DNA of 64,000 nt from Bugula neritina (Eukaryota; Animalia; Bryozoa): positions 16,358,722 through 16,422,721 of the forward strand of contig OZ037766.1 of assembly GCA_964035545.1 (NCBI GenBank). Direction: 5' to 3'. The translations under genes and the position numbers were made by a program. Each line of letters begins with the position of its first letter. Position 1 is the stretch's first letter. The notes beneath the pieces are model-generated. The model made no database searches, was not told the origin of the DNA, and saw only the letters and a program-made list of their open reading frames with translations. Shown one piece after another: positions 13,251 through 25,255 of the stretch.

Positions 13251-13543
13251 TGATTTGAAAATCAGTATAATTTTCATTGAAAAACAGCTTAACCTATTCA
13301 TTAGTTGGGTAAATCTAAAAACTAATACATACACAAATATTGTGACGTGTACACAAACACTGGATCTTCAGAATAGAGGTATGGTAGCGAATAATCAGTA
13401 TATCTATTATCTTATACCACTATAAAAGTCATAAAGAACTTTCAGTCAATCAGGGGTAATGTTCCTTGTATTAAATTATATAGAAATGGTCGCCAGTACT
13501 CGCCCAGCGAGGCGCAATTGCAATCAGTAATTGATGATAATAA

Positions 13544-14330
13544 TCATGATGCTATTACAATAAAAGTATTATATCTCTGTAACATAATTTCTTCCAAATG
13601 TAATTCAACTTGCCCATATAAGTTTTGTCCATCTGCACCATCATCGAGATGAACATTAAATGAGTTTAAAAAGTTATCACTTCCATTCACATTCATAATT
13701 TGGGCATGTATAGGCACAATTGTTGGTTTGTCAGGAAGTTCAATGTTGAAAGTTTCAAGAGGTTCCCTAACCCCATTTGAGTTGTACAAATGAATGCTCT
13801 CAGCAACACGCTAAAGAGGTGAAGTTTCCTTCTGTTCTAATTGGATGATTATTATGACATGCTTTCAAGTTATCTAAAACCTGATTAATCCTAGGTATGT
13901 AAACAAAGTGCATGGCTGCAATACAAAGTGGGTTGTCAATGTTTAGCTTTCCAATTCTTTTTAGAGCATAAAACATTCTGGCATATCTTGCACGGATGTG
14001 AGTGTTGATTTCTCTATTAAATCGTTCAACTCCTTGATTGTCAACTGATGATCCAAGAATAACAGGATTTTTATTAACATCGTTTGTCCGTCCTACCATT
14101 GCTTTTCATACAAGCTGGTTTTCACCACCATAATCACTCTGTACTTTAGCTGGAACATATCCAACTTCCTCACAAGCCATTACAAAATGTTCATACACTA
14201 TAGTGGCACATTTATTATTGCTACATTTCAAGAATGTACGCAGCCTAAAATACATATCGATTGCACAGTAAACGACTATTCCCCAACGAATAGGTTTTAT
14301 CCCGGATAAACGCATCCCAGTTAGACGCTC
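13544..14330 (-). mobile_element. Integrase-core DDE transposase remnant of the eukaryotic IS3EU-like type
   Basis: KPIRWGIVVYCAIDMY.R...FLKCSNNK, VQSDYGGEN, GSSVDNQGVERFNREI, HFVYIPRIN and HNNHPIRTEGN across ORFs 14106-14366, 13800-14099 and 13544-13789. Confidence 0.8.
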
Positions 14331-14929
14331 GGCTAAATTTCTCACCAGGATTGCAGCTGTTGTCACTAAAGTTTTTGGAAGCTGATCAGTAAATATTAAA
14401 AGCTATGCCTGGAGGACCTATTTGGAAGGAACACATTGACCAACTCTGTCTAAGACATACCAATGCTGAAGACTCTGAATCTCTTGAGGAAATACATACA
14501 TGTCCCTTTTATGACCAGAGAGGAAAACTCACAGCAATATCCTACACCTGCAGCCTCACTACATAGAAGAAGCAACCCCCGCTTACCCGATGGTGATGAG
14601 TATGATCGGGACAATCCAAGATCAGCACGACTCTGGAACCAATATCAACGCTAACGTTCAGGAGAACTTTAAGCTAGTCGGGAGGTGTTCGAACTTTACA
14701 TAAGCTGGGAAGGTTTTCTCCTAATGCATGAAAACTTTTCACATATCTCAGCTATATTATGCTTTTTCTACATTCAATATAGCTGCTACACAAAAGCTAA
14801 CCTTTTTGACTAGTATAAAAACTCTGCATTTTCACTTATCCACACTTGTGTCTCACACTTGTAACTGGTAACTTATAACTCATGATATAACCCTGCTTTT
14901 TGTGTTATCCTTGATTCTTAGAACTTTCA

Positions 14930-15430
14930 CTGCCAAGATCTCATCGCAGATGAATTCCATGAACAGCTTGAAAGGAAGATAGCCGTCATAGGTTTTTTCA
15001 TTTTTGGTATCTGGTACTTCCACTTAGTTTTTAGCCAACTAGGTGACTTCTCAGGTATTTCTTCTTATATTCTGGTTCATCCAAGCTGTTTAGATGTGGT
15101 GAAGCTTGTTTTGCACTGTTATGATGGGTTAAAAGAATCAGCAAATTGTTGAAGTGCGAGACCATTGGGGTTTCCACTTTTTGGCCACTCTTAAAGTTTT
15201 TTTTAAAGTTCTTTTAAAAATTGTCTTGCAGCATTTTATGAGTTTACTGTGTCATTTATCAAAAAACTTTATATACATCGATGTGCATTTTCATCAATAA
15301 ACCTTTTCAGCATCCTCATTCGTCTAGTGCTTTTAGTAGTAGCTTCAGATACTAAAATGATCAAAACATGTTTACCAATCCTTGAGTTTCATTGGATCAC
15401 CTTTAAAGATAGATGGCTCTACAATGGTCC
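14930..15430 (-). mobile_element. BEL/Pao gag remnant (second copy)
   Basis: EPSIFKGDPMKLKDW...LQQFADSF...PSWLKTKW...PFKLFMEFICDE in shifted frames. Confidence 0.7.
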
Positions 15431-16639
15431 TTTTTGTCATATGCATAGATTCTGTGATAGAGCTAGCTAACTGTTTCATACTACTAAGCAGTGGTGGTGG
15501 TGTATTATGTTGCTGTTCATCATTTGTCTGAAATTCACTTTAGTGTGTTCGAGGTATTGCATTTGTTGTACTGGTAGTAAAAAGATGATCCCTGGGAGTT
15601 GCGTATTCATGCTCAGATCTAGGAGTTGAGCTAGTAGACACTATATACTCTTCTACATATTTGTCTATATCTAATCTATGTAATTCGCTACAGTACCTCT
15701 TTACTTCACCTACACTTGATAGCAGCTCCCGTCCATTTGTCTGTATCTCACTGTGCGGTTGTTTATGTGAGGAAAACTGAGCCTTAATTCCCATTGGTAA
15801 AAAAGGCTTGACTTTAGCTAAAAAAGCTTCACTCCCTTTGGCGAGTAAATATACACTTTTACTGGACAGGCTTCACTTCCTTTAGCGAGTACAAACTTCA
15901 CTATAGCATTTCTGCGACTTTTAAGTTGAATTTGCCTTACTGATGTATTCGCTTTATTTAGTATTTGAAACACCAACGTGGAGTCTAAAAAATAGACAAC
16001 ATATGCTTATGCTACACTAGTAAAAACTCAACTGTTGAAACTCATATCCACAACAAAAATTTATGCTAATGACATTATTGGTAATATTTATAACTAAAAT
16101 TGATATTATTGATAACTAGATTGATATTTGTTACTAAAAACATGCTACAAATAGAGTCAAGTTGATTTAAGTATGCAAATCGACAAGGTATTCAAATTAT
16201 TTCATTTAAAAAAAATTCTTTCAGTTCTCTTATTTTCTTAAAATGCCAACTGTTTGCTTGTGTAACTAAGATTAATATAACTTTATCTGCTTGTGTAACT
16301 TTAAATTAAAATGTAACTTTATAATAACGACTAACCTGTCGGCTTCCGCTCTAACGTTGTTGTTGATTCAACTATTTTTCCACGGGCAAGTTACAAAACA
16401 CAATAGTGCGAGTAATTCATTAGACCCGGGTCAACTAAACCAATCAAATCTCACCGAACAGCCTAGTAGCTAGGCACGCATCTGTACGGGATGCCAAGGA
16501 ACTGCGACCCCATAACATCAGCACCGCACAGCGGGTCAGCCAACCATAAAAATACACTGCAGCGCATAGTGCTTTTGACAATTTTTCCAATCATTTTATA
16601 GCACTCCTAATCCTCCGTCTTCGATGTCCGCATGAATAA

Positions 16640-18212
16640 ACATGCTTGGACATTGCTCTTTCACCTTAACCCTTACCCGATCAATGGACCATATATGTCC
16701 CTTCAAGCGACACTATTTGTCATCTGTTTGCTGTAAATAGCTTGAAATTAAGTAAAAACTTTTCAACATTTTAGCTGGATTCGCGACAAACCCTGCTTCA
16801 CCTAGCTCTCTGACTAACAGCTCTAAATTGACCTTTAGACCTTTTTTTATTTTCTGCAAGCAAAATTATATCATTAGCAAAAGCCATGTACGAGACTAAT
16901 TCTCCATCAATCTTATAACCTATCCTAGCGTTCAGCTTCTGAACACAGAGATCTATGACAGCATTGAAAAGGTGCTCTGGCATCGGATCTCCTTGCTTGA
17001 TACATCTTCTTGATGAAATCCTATGAGACGAGTCATTGGCCAGAATCAACCTTGTGCTACTCATTTTATAAAGTTTTGAGTAGTACTCAATCAATTGTTC
17101 TGGAATACATATTCTCTTGCACGCGATCTATAGTGCTCATGACCAACACTGTCAAATGCTTTCCTCATATTTCAGGAATTCGAGGTGAAGGTTACGGAAT
17201 TCTGATTTTGCACTGCTGTTGCATTTCTGCAGAAGAATAGAGTTAAAATACAACCCATCCCTTCGCCGAAGCCCTTTCTGACAGTGGAAGATTCGTAGTG
17301 TTGTTCCAATCTCTCCCGCCTTCAGAATACCATGATGGAGCCTGAAAAGTACAGACTTCACTGTAATGAGCTTAAACTGGCTCGGATTAACAGTACCTGG
17401 GGACTTCGGTATTAAAGTTGTCCTCTCACATGTCCTGGATGGCACAGAGCTGCAATATAACCGAAGGTTGAAATAAGAGGTGAGCTTCTTGGCGTCTTTC
17501 AACATTCTCCACGTCAGGTCATTCGGCTCCGGTGCCCCTTTACTCTTCCGAGAGAGGTATTTTAAAACCTCCTCCTTCGAGATGGGATCCATGAGGCAAT
17601 CTAACCTAGTGTGGAGATCGTCATTTTTTGCAACATCAGCTCGAGATTCTCTTTCCAGCAGTTCAGTCTAGTAGTCTCTGGCACCTACAGGAATATTCTC
17701 TCTAATTTCAAGGCCATTCAGTAGCATGCGGTTGGGATCCTTGCAGAACATTCTCTGTGCTGTTTTAAAGAAACGTTATCTGCAATGACTTGGCAGGTTT
17801 AAAAATCTTCCCCAGTTGTGTTGGCACCTTTTAAACGTGTTCTCTAAACTTCTCCTGAAATCTCCTAAAAATAAAAGGAACATCGATATTTTTTTGCTGA
17901 TCTCATCTAGCTCTCCATTGGCTAAAGGAGTTTTTGGGACGATAACTGATGGTGTTTCCAGAATGTTCTCTTGCCTTTTGAGTTTTTCAGCGAGTAGCTC
18001 AGCATATTTCTCTTCTTATTCCTTTGACCCTTGATGGATTCCAGCGAGCACCCAGAAAAGCTCCTATGGAGTTCTTGATTAATAAACCATATTCGTAACT
18101 GTCTTACCCCCTCCTTTGCCAACCTAACAATTTTTGCTGTTGCCATGTTGTCCAGCTCACTTGCTACTGCTGCTAGCTTTACCTGAACGTTATGCGTTAT
18201 TAGTTTCAGCAA
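16640..18212 (-). mobile_element. Decayed R2-clade non-LTR retrotransposon (Myb-like domain + RT)
   Basis: FINQELHRSFSGCSLESIKGQR (R2 Myb-like), GAPEP, RTTLIPK, IKQGDPMPEHLFN and MAFANDIILLAE (FADD box mutated) in ORFs 17922-18212, 17152-17592 and 16798-17094; endonuclease domain not seen. Confidence 0.82.
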
Positions 18213-18329
18213 CTATACATTGGCCAGAAACTTCTCTTGAGTCATGATCAGCCAGTGTTCCTAAGTCTACACATTCTGTGAATAATTAAGAAACCAATGA
18301 ATTTATTAGAATTGATGGTGATTGGCTGG

Positions 18330-18391
18330 GGCCTGATTAAAACAGTAGAAGAGCCTGATGTGGCCCACAGGTCGCCATTTGCCCATTCCCG
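18330..18391 (-). mobile_element. Isolated hAT-type terminal sequence
   Basis: Minus strand CGGGAATGGGCAAATGGCGACCTGTGGGCCACATCAGGC resembles the CAGGGGTGGGCAAAC..CGGCCCGCGGGCCA ends of Charlie-group hATs. Confidence 0.45.
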
Positions 18392-18460
18392 CAGTAGATT
18401 ATAATTAGTTGTCAAATGAACGCGAGCAATTAGTAGTTAATATGGTGAATCACTTTATAA

Positions 18461-19113
18461 TGGGGCAGACAGACTACAGTTGAAACTGAACTGTGAGCGC
18501 ATTCAGTGTTCGAACGCTAAAATTTTGAGTTTATTGATTATCTAATCGCTCATTGGTAGATAAGCTCTGATTGGTTGATTGCTTCAACTAATTTCATGTG
18601 CTACTAGCTAGCATTACTATTTGATATAGTTGATTTGGTTCTTCCAAAACTATATTATTTTACTAAATAATTTAAACTATGTATGCAAATAATAATAATG
18701 TATGAAAATAGGTATTTAGATAAACTTGACCGAATGTTATTAGTATATTTGGTTCATTATGCTAGTGAATGCTATTGAATAAAGCTAGTAAGTCTCGTTA
18801 AATGATGTGTTGGTAATTTTGAATAATTGAAGCTAGTAAGTTATAATAAAAAAATAGTAAATCTTTTTGAATTACGCAAGTAAATCTTATTAAATTATGC
18901 TAGTGAATCCCAATAAGTCTCGTTAAATTTTATTATTAATTGCTGTGGGTATAGCAGAAACTGAGTAACAGCATTTCTATTGGTTAAAAGCTTACTGAGG
19001 AGGTTAGGCAGTATGTATAAACATCAAAAATAAGGACATGATGTTGAGGCTATTCGGGAGCAGCTTGAAAAATTTGTTCACAATTCAGTTTCAACTGTAG
19101 TCTGTCTGCTTCA
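18461..19113. mobile_element. Non-autonomous DNA transposon (MITE), about 650 bp with 35-bp TIRs
   Basis: gcagacagactacagttgaaactgaactgtga (18465-18496) is the near-perfect inverse of tcacaattcagtttcaactgtagtctgtctgc (19078-19109); AT-rich interior with repeated ttatgctagtgaat. TSD unclear. Confidence 0.8.
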
Positions 19114-19586
19114 TAATACTTTTAATTTTGTTCAGCATTTTCAAAATACTGATTTTAGCCTTAGTAGCTAGTATTACTGATTGTATGTTGTAGCTAGAGC
19201 TGCTTTTGGGTTTACTATGGGTAGTTAGCTAATTGTTTGGTTCATTTGCTTTCCTTCATTGGAGAAAAGTGATTTCATAGATTGTTAAAGCATTCGCACT
19301 ATGCCATGTGTCTTTTGGTGTTTTTTTTTGGTATTCTGATGAATAAAGTGCTATGCGTAATCGCTAATTAAATCCACGACAATCTGAACTTCATTGAGCC
19401 AGAAATATTACATAGGTAGCTGCTACAAAGTTATGCTGTAGGCCTACCTATTTTTAGGGGCTTTTCGTATTTCATATATTCATTGCAAGGAAAATATTCT
19501 GATTGCTCTGGTGCAACTGTGTTGAAAAATTTTTTGCTAAATATAGTCATTTGATTTTAAAATACAATTGTTTTTTAGACTTGAAA

Positions 19587-22284
19587 ATGATATCTCTTCA
19601 ACAAATATGTGTAGACTTCATCTCTCAGAATATTTGTTGTGTAGAATCTTTGAATGATACTCCTGAACTTATTGGTCAGATGTTAGCTGAAAGCATCACT
19701 GGTTGTGGAAATAGCACAGCAGAACAAAGGGCTCGTGTAATGATCCGACTCTATTACTTGTACTGTTTACTTCTTGTATAATACATTTGGGATTTTTTTA
19801 ACATTGTCTGATATAGTATAAATGTAAAGTTTAGGTTTCTGTCTTGCATGGTTCCTGTTACTAAGATGTCTCTTGGCCGTTGATTAGCAACATAACTCTA
19901 GTATCCTAAAACATATACCTTACCGGTTAAAACCTGTACTGTTTACCTTCACAGCTATGAGTTGTCTGTCTATAGTTTGAAATCTTTCTGTTGCTTAACA
20001 CTTTTCTTAGTAATTGAAAAATTTAAACTTTTTATACATCCCAATACAGCTTTGAGTATATTTTAAAACACTGTCCTAAACCAAAGAGAAATTTAAAAAA
20101 TGTTTTCTAAACATTCCTTAATTTTGCACCGTGAATTAAATTCCAATCCCTATCTCATAGGATTAATATTTAAATACACCTACTTTTATGTTTGATTATT
20201 TAATGAATTGCAAACTTTGAAATTGTATACAACAGTTACATGTTGAAAAGCTTTTAACATATTTGATTTTTAGGTAGATGAGTGTGTACTTTTATTTACA
20301 AAGGCCTATGGAGATGTTGCATTACACAGTCTTAATCTAGATTCTAGCTATGAGTTAGTTCTTCACGAGAATGGCACAGCCAATAAAATGTGCCAGGTGT
20401 TGAGAGAAAGTGTTTTCAATATCATCTCATTTGATCAACTCAAACAGCTTGATGTTAGCTTTTGCACTGCATTCAGCTCAACGAAATGGCTAGATGTTCT
20501 TGGGCAGTGCAGGTAAGAGCAATGATGTACCGGCTTCATCATAAACATTGTGTGAAAGTATGAAATATGGCTGATTTTATACAAGTCTATAAGCACCCAT
20601 TAGCTGTACATTAGCTACATTGGTATTGTTGAATATATTGTTTGTATTTCAACAGCTGCAACCTCTAAAATTAAGGGAGCCTGTGGTACAGCTAACCTAT
20701 GTGCTCAAATCTTGGCAAGCTCACCAGTGATGCTAGGAAATACTTTTGGTCATAATTGCTCCTATACTGCATCTTTAAACCATATCATGTCAACATGGAA
20801 CCCATGCTCAAACGCTTAGATTATGATAATTGTGCATATCTTATTCTAAATTAATTAGATACAGCATTTATTGACATATGAAAGCACAACTTCTTATTTT
20901 GCAATGCTTTTAAGCCATTAAACTGAAAACAACCAGGGAAAAGTCATTTTTCTAGAAATACATGTTGTGTTGATAGCCTGACTCACCTGTCTCTGAAGGG
21001 AGTTGGTCTTGATGATACCAGTCTTATATATCTGACCACCTGCGCTGCTGTTCGTAAATCAGGACTCCACTCCCTGGAATATTTAAATTTAAGCAGTTGA
21101 GTATTTTATGCCAATTATATACTTACACTGTCATGAATATCATAATTTATCTAGAAATAAGTTACTTTATTGTGTGTTCAATATATAAATCTAAAAATTG
21201 CTTTTGGCGTTAAACTTTCAAATGTTTCAGACAATAATCTATCCCCTAAGTGTTTGAAGAGAGTTTACAGATTTAACAAACTCAGAGTTTGTGTTTTGTC
21301 TAATACTTTAATAAGGGTAAGTTTTTTGTGTTTATTATCTGTAAGTTATGATTGTTCCATGACTTTGCACAGTGGTGTTTTATTGCAGGAAACTAACTTA
21401 AAATATATTCATTCTATTTTCATACTTATACCTTCCTCTTAGTTAGGAATACAGATCAAATACTTCACTAAAGCATAACTTTTACTCCAATTTTTTTCCT
21501 AAACAAAGTGCTTTTAAATTTTGGTTTTAAATTTGTCTCATGTTTTTGTGTTAATATTTCTAAAACCTGTTAACACCATCTCGGAATTAATTCAGTATAT
21601 TCATGTTTTTACTGACCAAACATTCACTCAACACTAATTATATGTTGTTATTGTAGCCGTGTGATGTTGATCCTGGTATATGGAGTGTATCAGAAGACTC
21701 ATCTCACATATATAATATAAAAGGAAGGGGTTGGTTAGCAGACTATATAGAAACCATGTGCGGGAAGTCTAAAGGGCTGGGATTTTATCAACAAAGAACT
21801 AACAGGCCTCATTGTAAGCAAATATCTTATGTGTCGTATTGTCTTTTTAGCAAAAACTATTTTGATTAAGTTTTCAAATTGCTAGATGGGTGTATTTTAA
21901 ATAATATTAGATCGTCGCTTGTGAGAGACCTTGTTAATTTCAAACCATTATGAAGCCTAAAATGTGCAGAATTTCAATGTTTCTTGCAATTACGTCACTT
22001 TAGAGTTATGGGCACATGGTATAGATTATGGATTAGTGTCTAGGTTTGGTTAAATATTGTGCTGTCGGGTGCTATAGTTGGCATTCTAAAAGTTTCTTTT
22101 TAGTTTTATAATTCAATATAAAACTTTGATGTGTTACTATTTTTTAGCTGGTTCAACGATGATTATGTTAAAGAAGAGTCGTAAGAGAAATATCTCTGTA
22201 GAAGCTGCGAAATTATCTCAACATTTTACTGAAAGTTCTAAAAAGAAGCAAGCTGACTCTGATATATTCAATTTATATTCATAG
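19587..22284 (+). CDS. LRRC42: Leucine-rich repeat-containing protein 42 homologue, about 295 aa, 6 coding exons (19587-19736, 20274-20512, 20977-21095, 21231-21316, 21657-21813, 22148-22284)
   Basis: GT-AG junctions with consistent phases; peptides SLQQICVDFISQNICCVESL, FTKAYGDVAL, LKQLDVSFC, SLTHLSLKGVGLDD, GLHSLEYLNLS, KGRGW and C-terminal DIFNLYS* parallel LRRC42. An acceptor at 19578/19579 implies an upstream exon. Confidence 0.85.
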
Positions 22285-23491
22285 TGCCATCAATCTCTTT
22301 AGTTTAAAGCAAATTTTTTATTCCACATTATTTACCAGAGAGTAAATCTTTTTTTCTTCACATTTATAGCCAAGTGTAAGTTGGATACTGGGTATTGCCA
22401 TCAAGTGTATTTTGTAACTGCCATTTCACACTGTACAGTTTAGTTTTTAGAAGGACAACTCCTAACTTTCAGTTCCTCACAATAGTGCCCGTTTCTGTGA
22501 CTTGCTAATTTTCTAGTAGCCCATGGACTACTTTTAGCTGGGTTCAAATTTCGGACAATTTTTTATTCTTTTTGTTTTATAGGAAATTATATTTTATTGT
22601 ATTCCATCAAATTGCTTTCAGAATAACAAAATTTCTGTAAGAGTTTGCATTGCACATTATGCTTCCATTGCCTTGTTGTGCAAGCCTTAAAATAAAATAT
22701 TCGAAAGAAATAAATGATTTTGCTTGTAAAAAGTATGATAAACTTAATTCTAAGTTCTAAATTATGGTTATGGATTATCTATAAGCATGCTATAAAGTGA
22801 AAATAGAGTTTCTCAACAATGTTATTAATTTGGCTTCAGGTGAAATACAAATCTGCTAGAAATGGGCTGAAGAAAATAAAACCATGATAATAATGACATT
22901 AACATAGCTTCCAAGATTATCACAGCCATGATAAATAACATAAAAAATTTTATGAGTCAGAAGTGTGCAAAAGGAATTAGATTATTCAATTTACATAATT
23001 GTATCCAGTGTTATTGGCAAAGTGATGCATTATTGTCCAGCTAATACTGCACATTTGAATTTGTTTCAGCTGTACAAATTAAAATAATTATGTTAATCTG
23101 ATTACCTCCATTTGTATGATTAGGATAAGAGTAAGGTAGAAAGTCTCGGCTGGCATGAGATCATTTGTGTATCTACTGCATCATCTATTAATGTGTATGC
23201 TTTAAAATGCTTAACTCAGAGATATGCCATTTGAGGCAGCTTCTTTCATTTTCTTTGATATGATCAGCTGCTGAGAGTTATGGTTACAGTTTTTTTTTAA
23301 GACCTTGCATGCATGCAAAGTCATAACATAATGCTATAGTCTTAATAATGGCATAAATGCAGTAACATTTTAATTAATAATTTAGTTGTAGTTATAATGT
23401 AGTCAATATATTTTACTACATATTATATGTAAACAAGTGACATAATGTTTACAGTCAGTTCTGCAGATGTTTGCATTCTAGGACCGCATAT

Positions 23492-23876
23492 TGTGATAGT
23501 TTTGTGGGTTATGAATGCAACTAGTGCCTTACATACTTGTTACAAAGAACAAGGCGAGAAATAAGGTAGAAGATAAGGTAGCTTTATTGTAGTCGAATGA
23601 TCCAGTAGTCCGTATCCAGCGAGCTCCAGTAGTAGACTGAATCTACACTGAAACTCGCTGGCTTTTATATACACGCAGGACAAAGACATTCCTTTGTTGC
23701 CGAGATCGGAGGCCCGAAATGCCGAATATCGGCACCTCGGGAATCCGAAATGCCGAATTGGCATTTCAGCACTTCGGTAGTCCGATACGCCGAAAATCGG
23801 CATATCGGTGTTTCGGAGGACCGAAGTGCCGATCTTAGCAACCAAGGACACACACACACAACATAAATCTACCACA
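23492..23876 (-). repeat. 3' LTR (385 bp)
   Basis: Differs from 26188-26574 by about 8 substitutions and one CA-repeat indel; preceded on the minus strand by GATGGGGGGTGTG (PPT-like). Confidence 0.95.
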
Positions 23877-24355
23877 CACACCCCCCATCGGAAAGCATGC
23901 TTTCCGATAAAGAGGCGCACACAAATACAAAAACATCAATCACACAATATAAACCACATGACACGACAATATAACACACATTTAACAAACAACACGGACA
24001 AAAAACAAATATATGGCAGCCATGCAGTGATAAACAGATAGAAGGAAAAAAAATGTGCTCACACGAGTAGAAAACAGTACATAACACTACGTGAAAGAAT
24101 TTACACACACATGAATTAGAAGGAAAAAGAAAAAAAACAATCAAGGAAACAGAATACAAAAATACAAACAGTTACATGCACCCGCCACCATTGCCAGGTG
24201 GTTGTGGTGCTCATCGGCGGTCCCCAGATTGGCTCCGTTCCAGGCGGCTCACACGTCTCCTTAGTTGCCCCAACTCCTCCTCGTATCTGCGGAGCCGCCT
24301 GCGTAGGTGCCACACCTCTTCCTCCAATTGGGCCGATGTCTGGTGTCTGGGGCGG

Positions 24356-25255
24356 TCAGTGGTACTGTGGCTGGTCCGTCGCCTCTGCTTCTTGCCCGCC
24401 GCCGAGGGCCCAGGTCCAAGGAGTCGGTTCTGGCGCCTGATCCGACACGAGTTCCTTCCCAGCCATCACCACCACTGACTTCTGGAAATCCATGCAGCAC
24501 TGGTGTTTCTCCAGAAACGGCCTTCCCAGGATGGCGTCCTCCTTCAGCTGGCTGACTATGAACGTCTCGTGAATCGCCTGATCACGGACGCGTCCAGGCA
24601 GTGAAATGACGTCGTAGAAAGGAATGCATGATCCGTCCGCCAACGTACCATGCGCACCTTCATACGGCTCGAGGCTCGCCCGCTCTCGGGCACCAAGAGT
24701 GTCAGAGACGCCTACTCAACAGGTTGGTAGTGCACCCAGTAGGAATGTGGCAGCTTTACCCGAAATTTTTTCGGGCAGGAAGTAGCTGCTTCCATACGGC
24801 TGGGTGCTCCTGGAGCGGTCAGTCTCTGGGGGAAACACAACTTGGGTTCGCACAGCGGGCCTCCTCTTCGTCTTAGAGACAGCGGGGGGTTTCTGAGGTC
24901 GGGAGGGTAGCTTGGGGTACTCTTGCGAGTAAGCTGAATCCTCCTCCACAACCTCCTCGAGCAACCCCGCGAACCGGTTACGGAGTGGCCAGGCCGGAGG
25001 ATCGGGTAGACCTTGCGGTCTCCGAGATCTCCGAGGTGCCTGCCATCCTGTTTCTTCTAGCTCCATCCAGGTTTCGAGTGGCACAGCAGGAGGATCGGGT
25101 AGACCTTTCGATCTCCGAGATCTCCGGTTTGCTTGCCACTCGATATTGGCCGACTCTGAAGAGGTCTCTTCTGTTATCCTTCGAGTCCTATCCCGGACCG
25201 GATTGGCGTGGGGCCCACGGGTGGCGGAAGTCACCGTGAGCCTCGGGTGTTTAAA
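24356..25255 (-). pseudogene. -1 frame pol remnant: Pro/Arg-rich linker with a duplicated motif, then an inactivated retropepsin
   Basis: ORF 24716-25234 ends SYFLPEKISGKAATFLL; the catalytic D(T/S)G is deleted and frameshifted before GCTTNLLSRR; continues LADGSCIPFY...EDAILGRPFLEKH (ORF 24356-24643). Confidence 0.8.
25213..25255 (-). promoter_or_regulatory. Programmed -1 ribosomal frameshift signal (U UUA AAC + 7-nt spacer + stem-loop)
   Basis: Heptamer at 25255-25249 is in X XXY YYZ register with gag; stem GCUCACGG (25241-25234) pairs with CCGUGGGC (25220-25213); the -1 frame is the downstream ORF. Confidence 0.8.

Noticed and set aside
12750-18391. One hAT element spanning the 18391 end and the 13250 transposase with nested insertions
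   Set aside because: Orientation is compatible, but no second terminus or 8-bp TSD was found.
20990-21076. Antisense AG...GT-bounded pseudo-exon
   Set aside because: Coincides with LRRC42 exon 3 on +, which has clear family similarity; treated as chance.
23540-23920. 126-aa ORF, duplicated at 26236-26595
   Set aside because: Lies within the LTRs, with non-ATG starts that fall outside the repeat; no domain seen.
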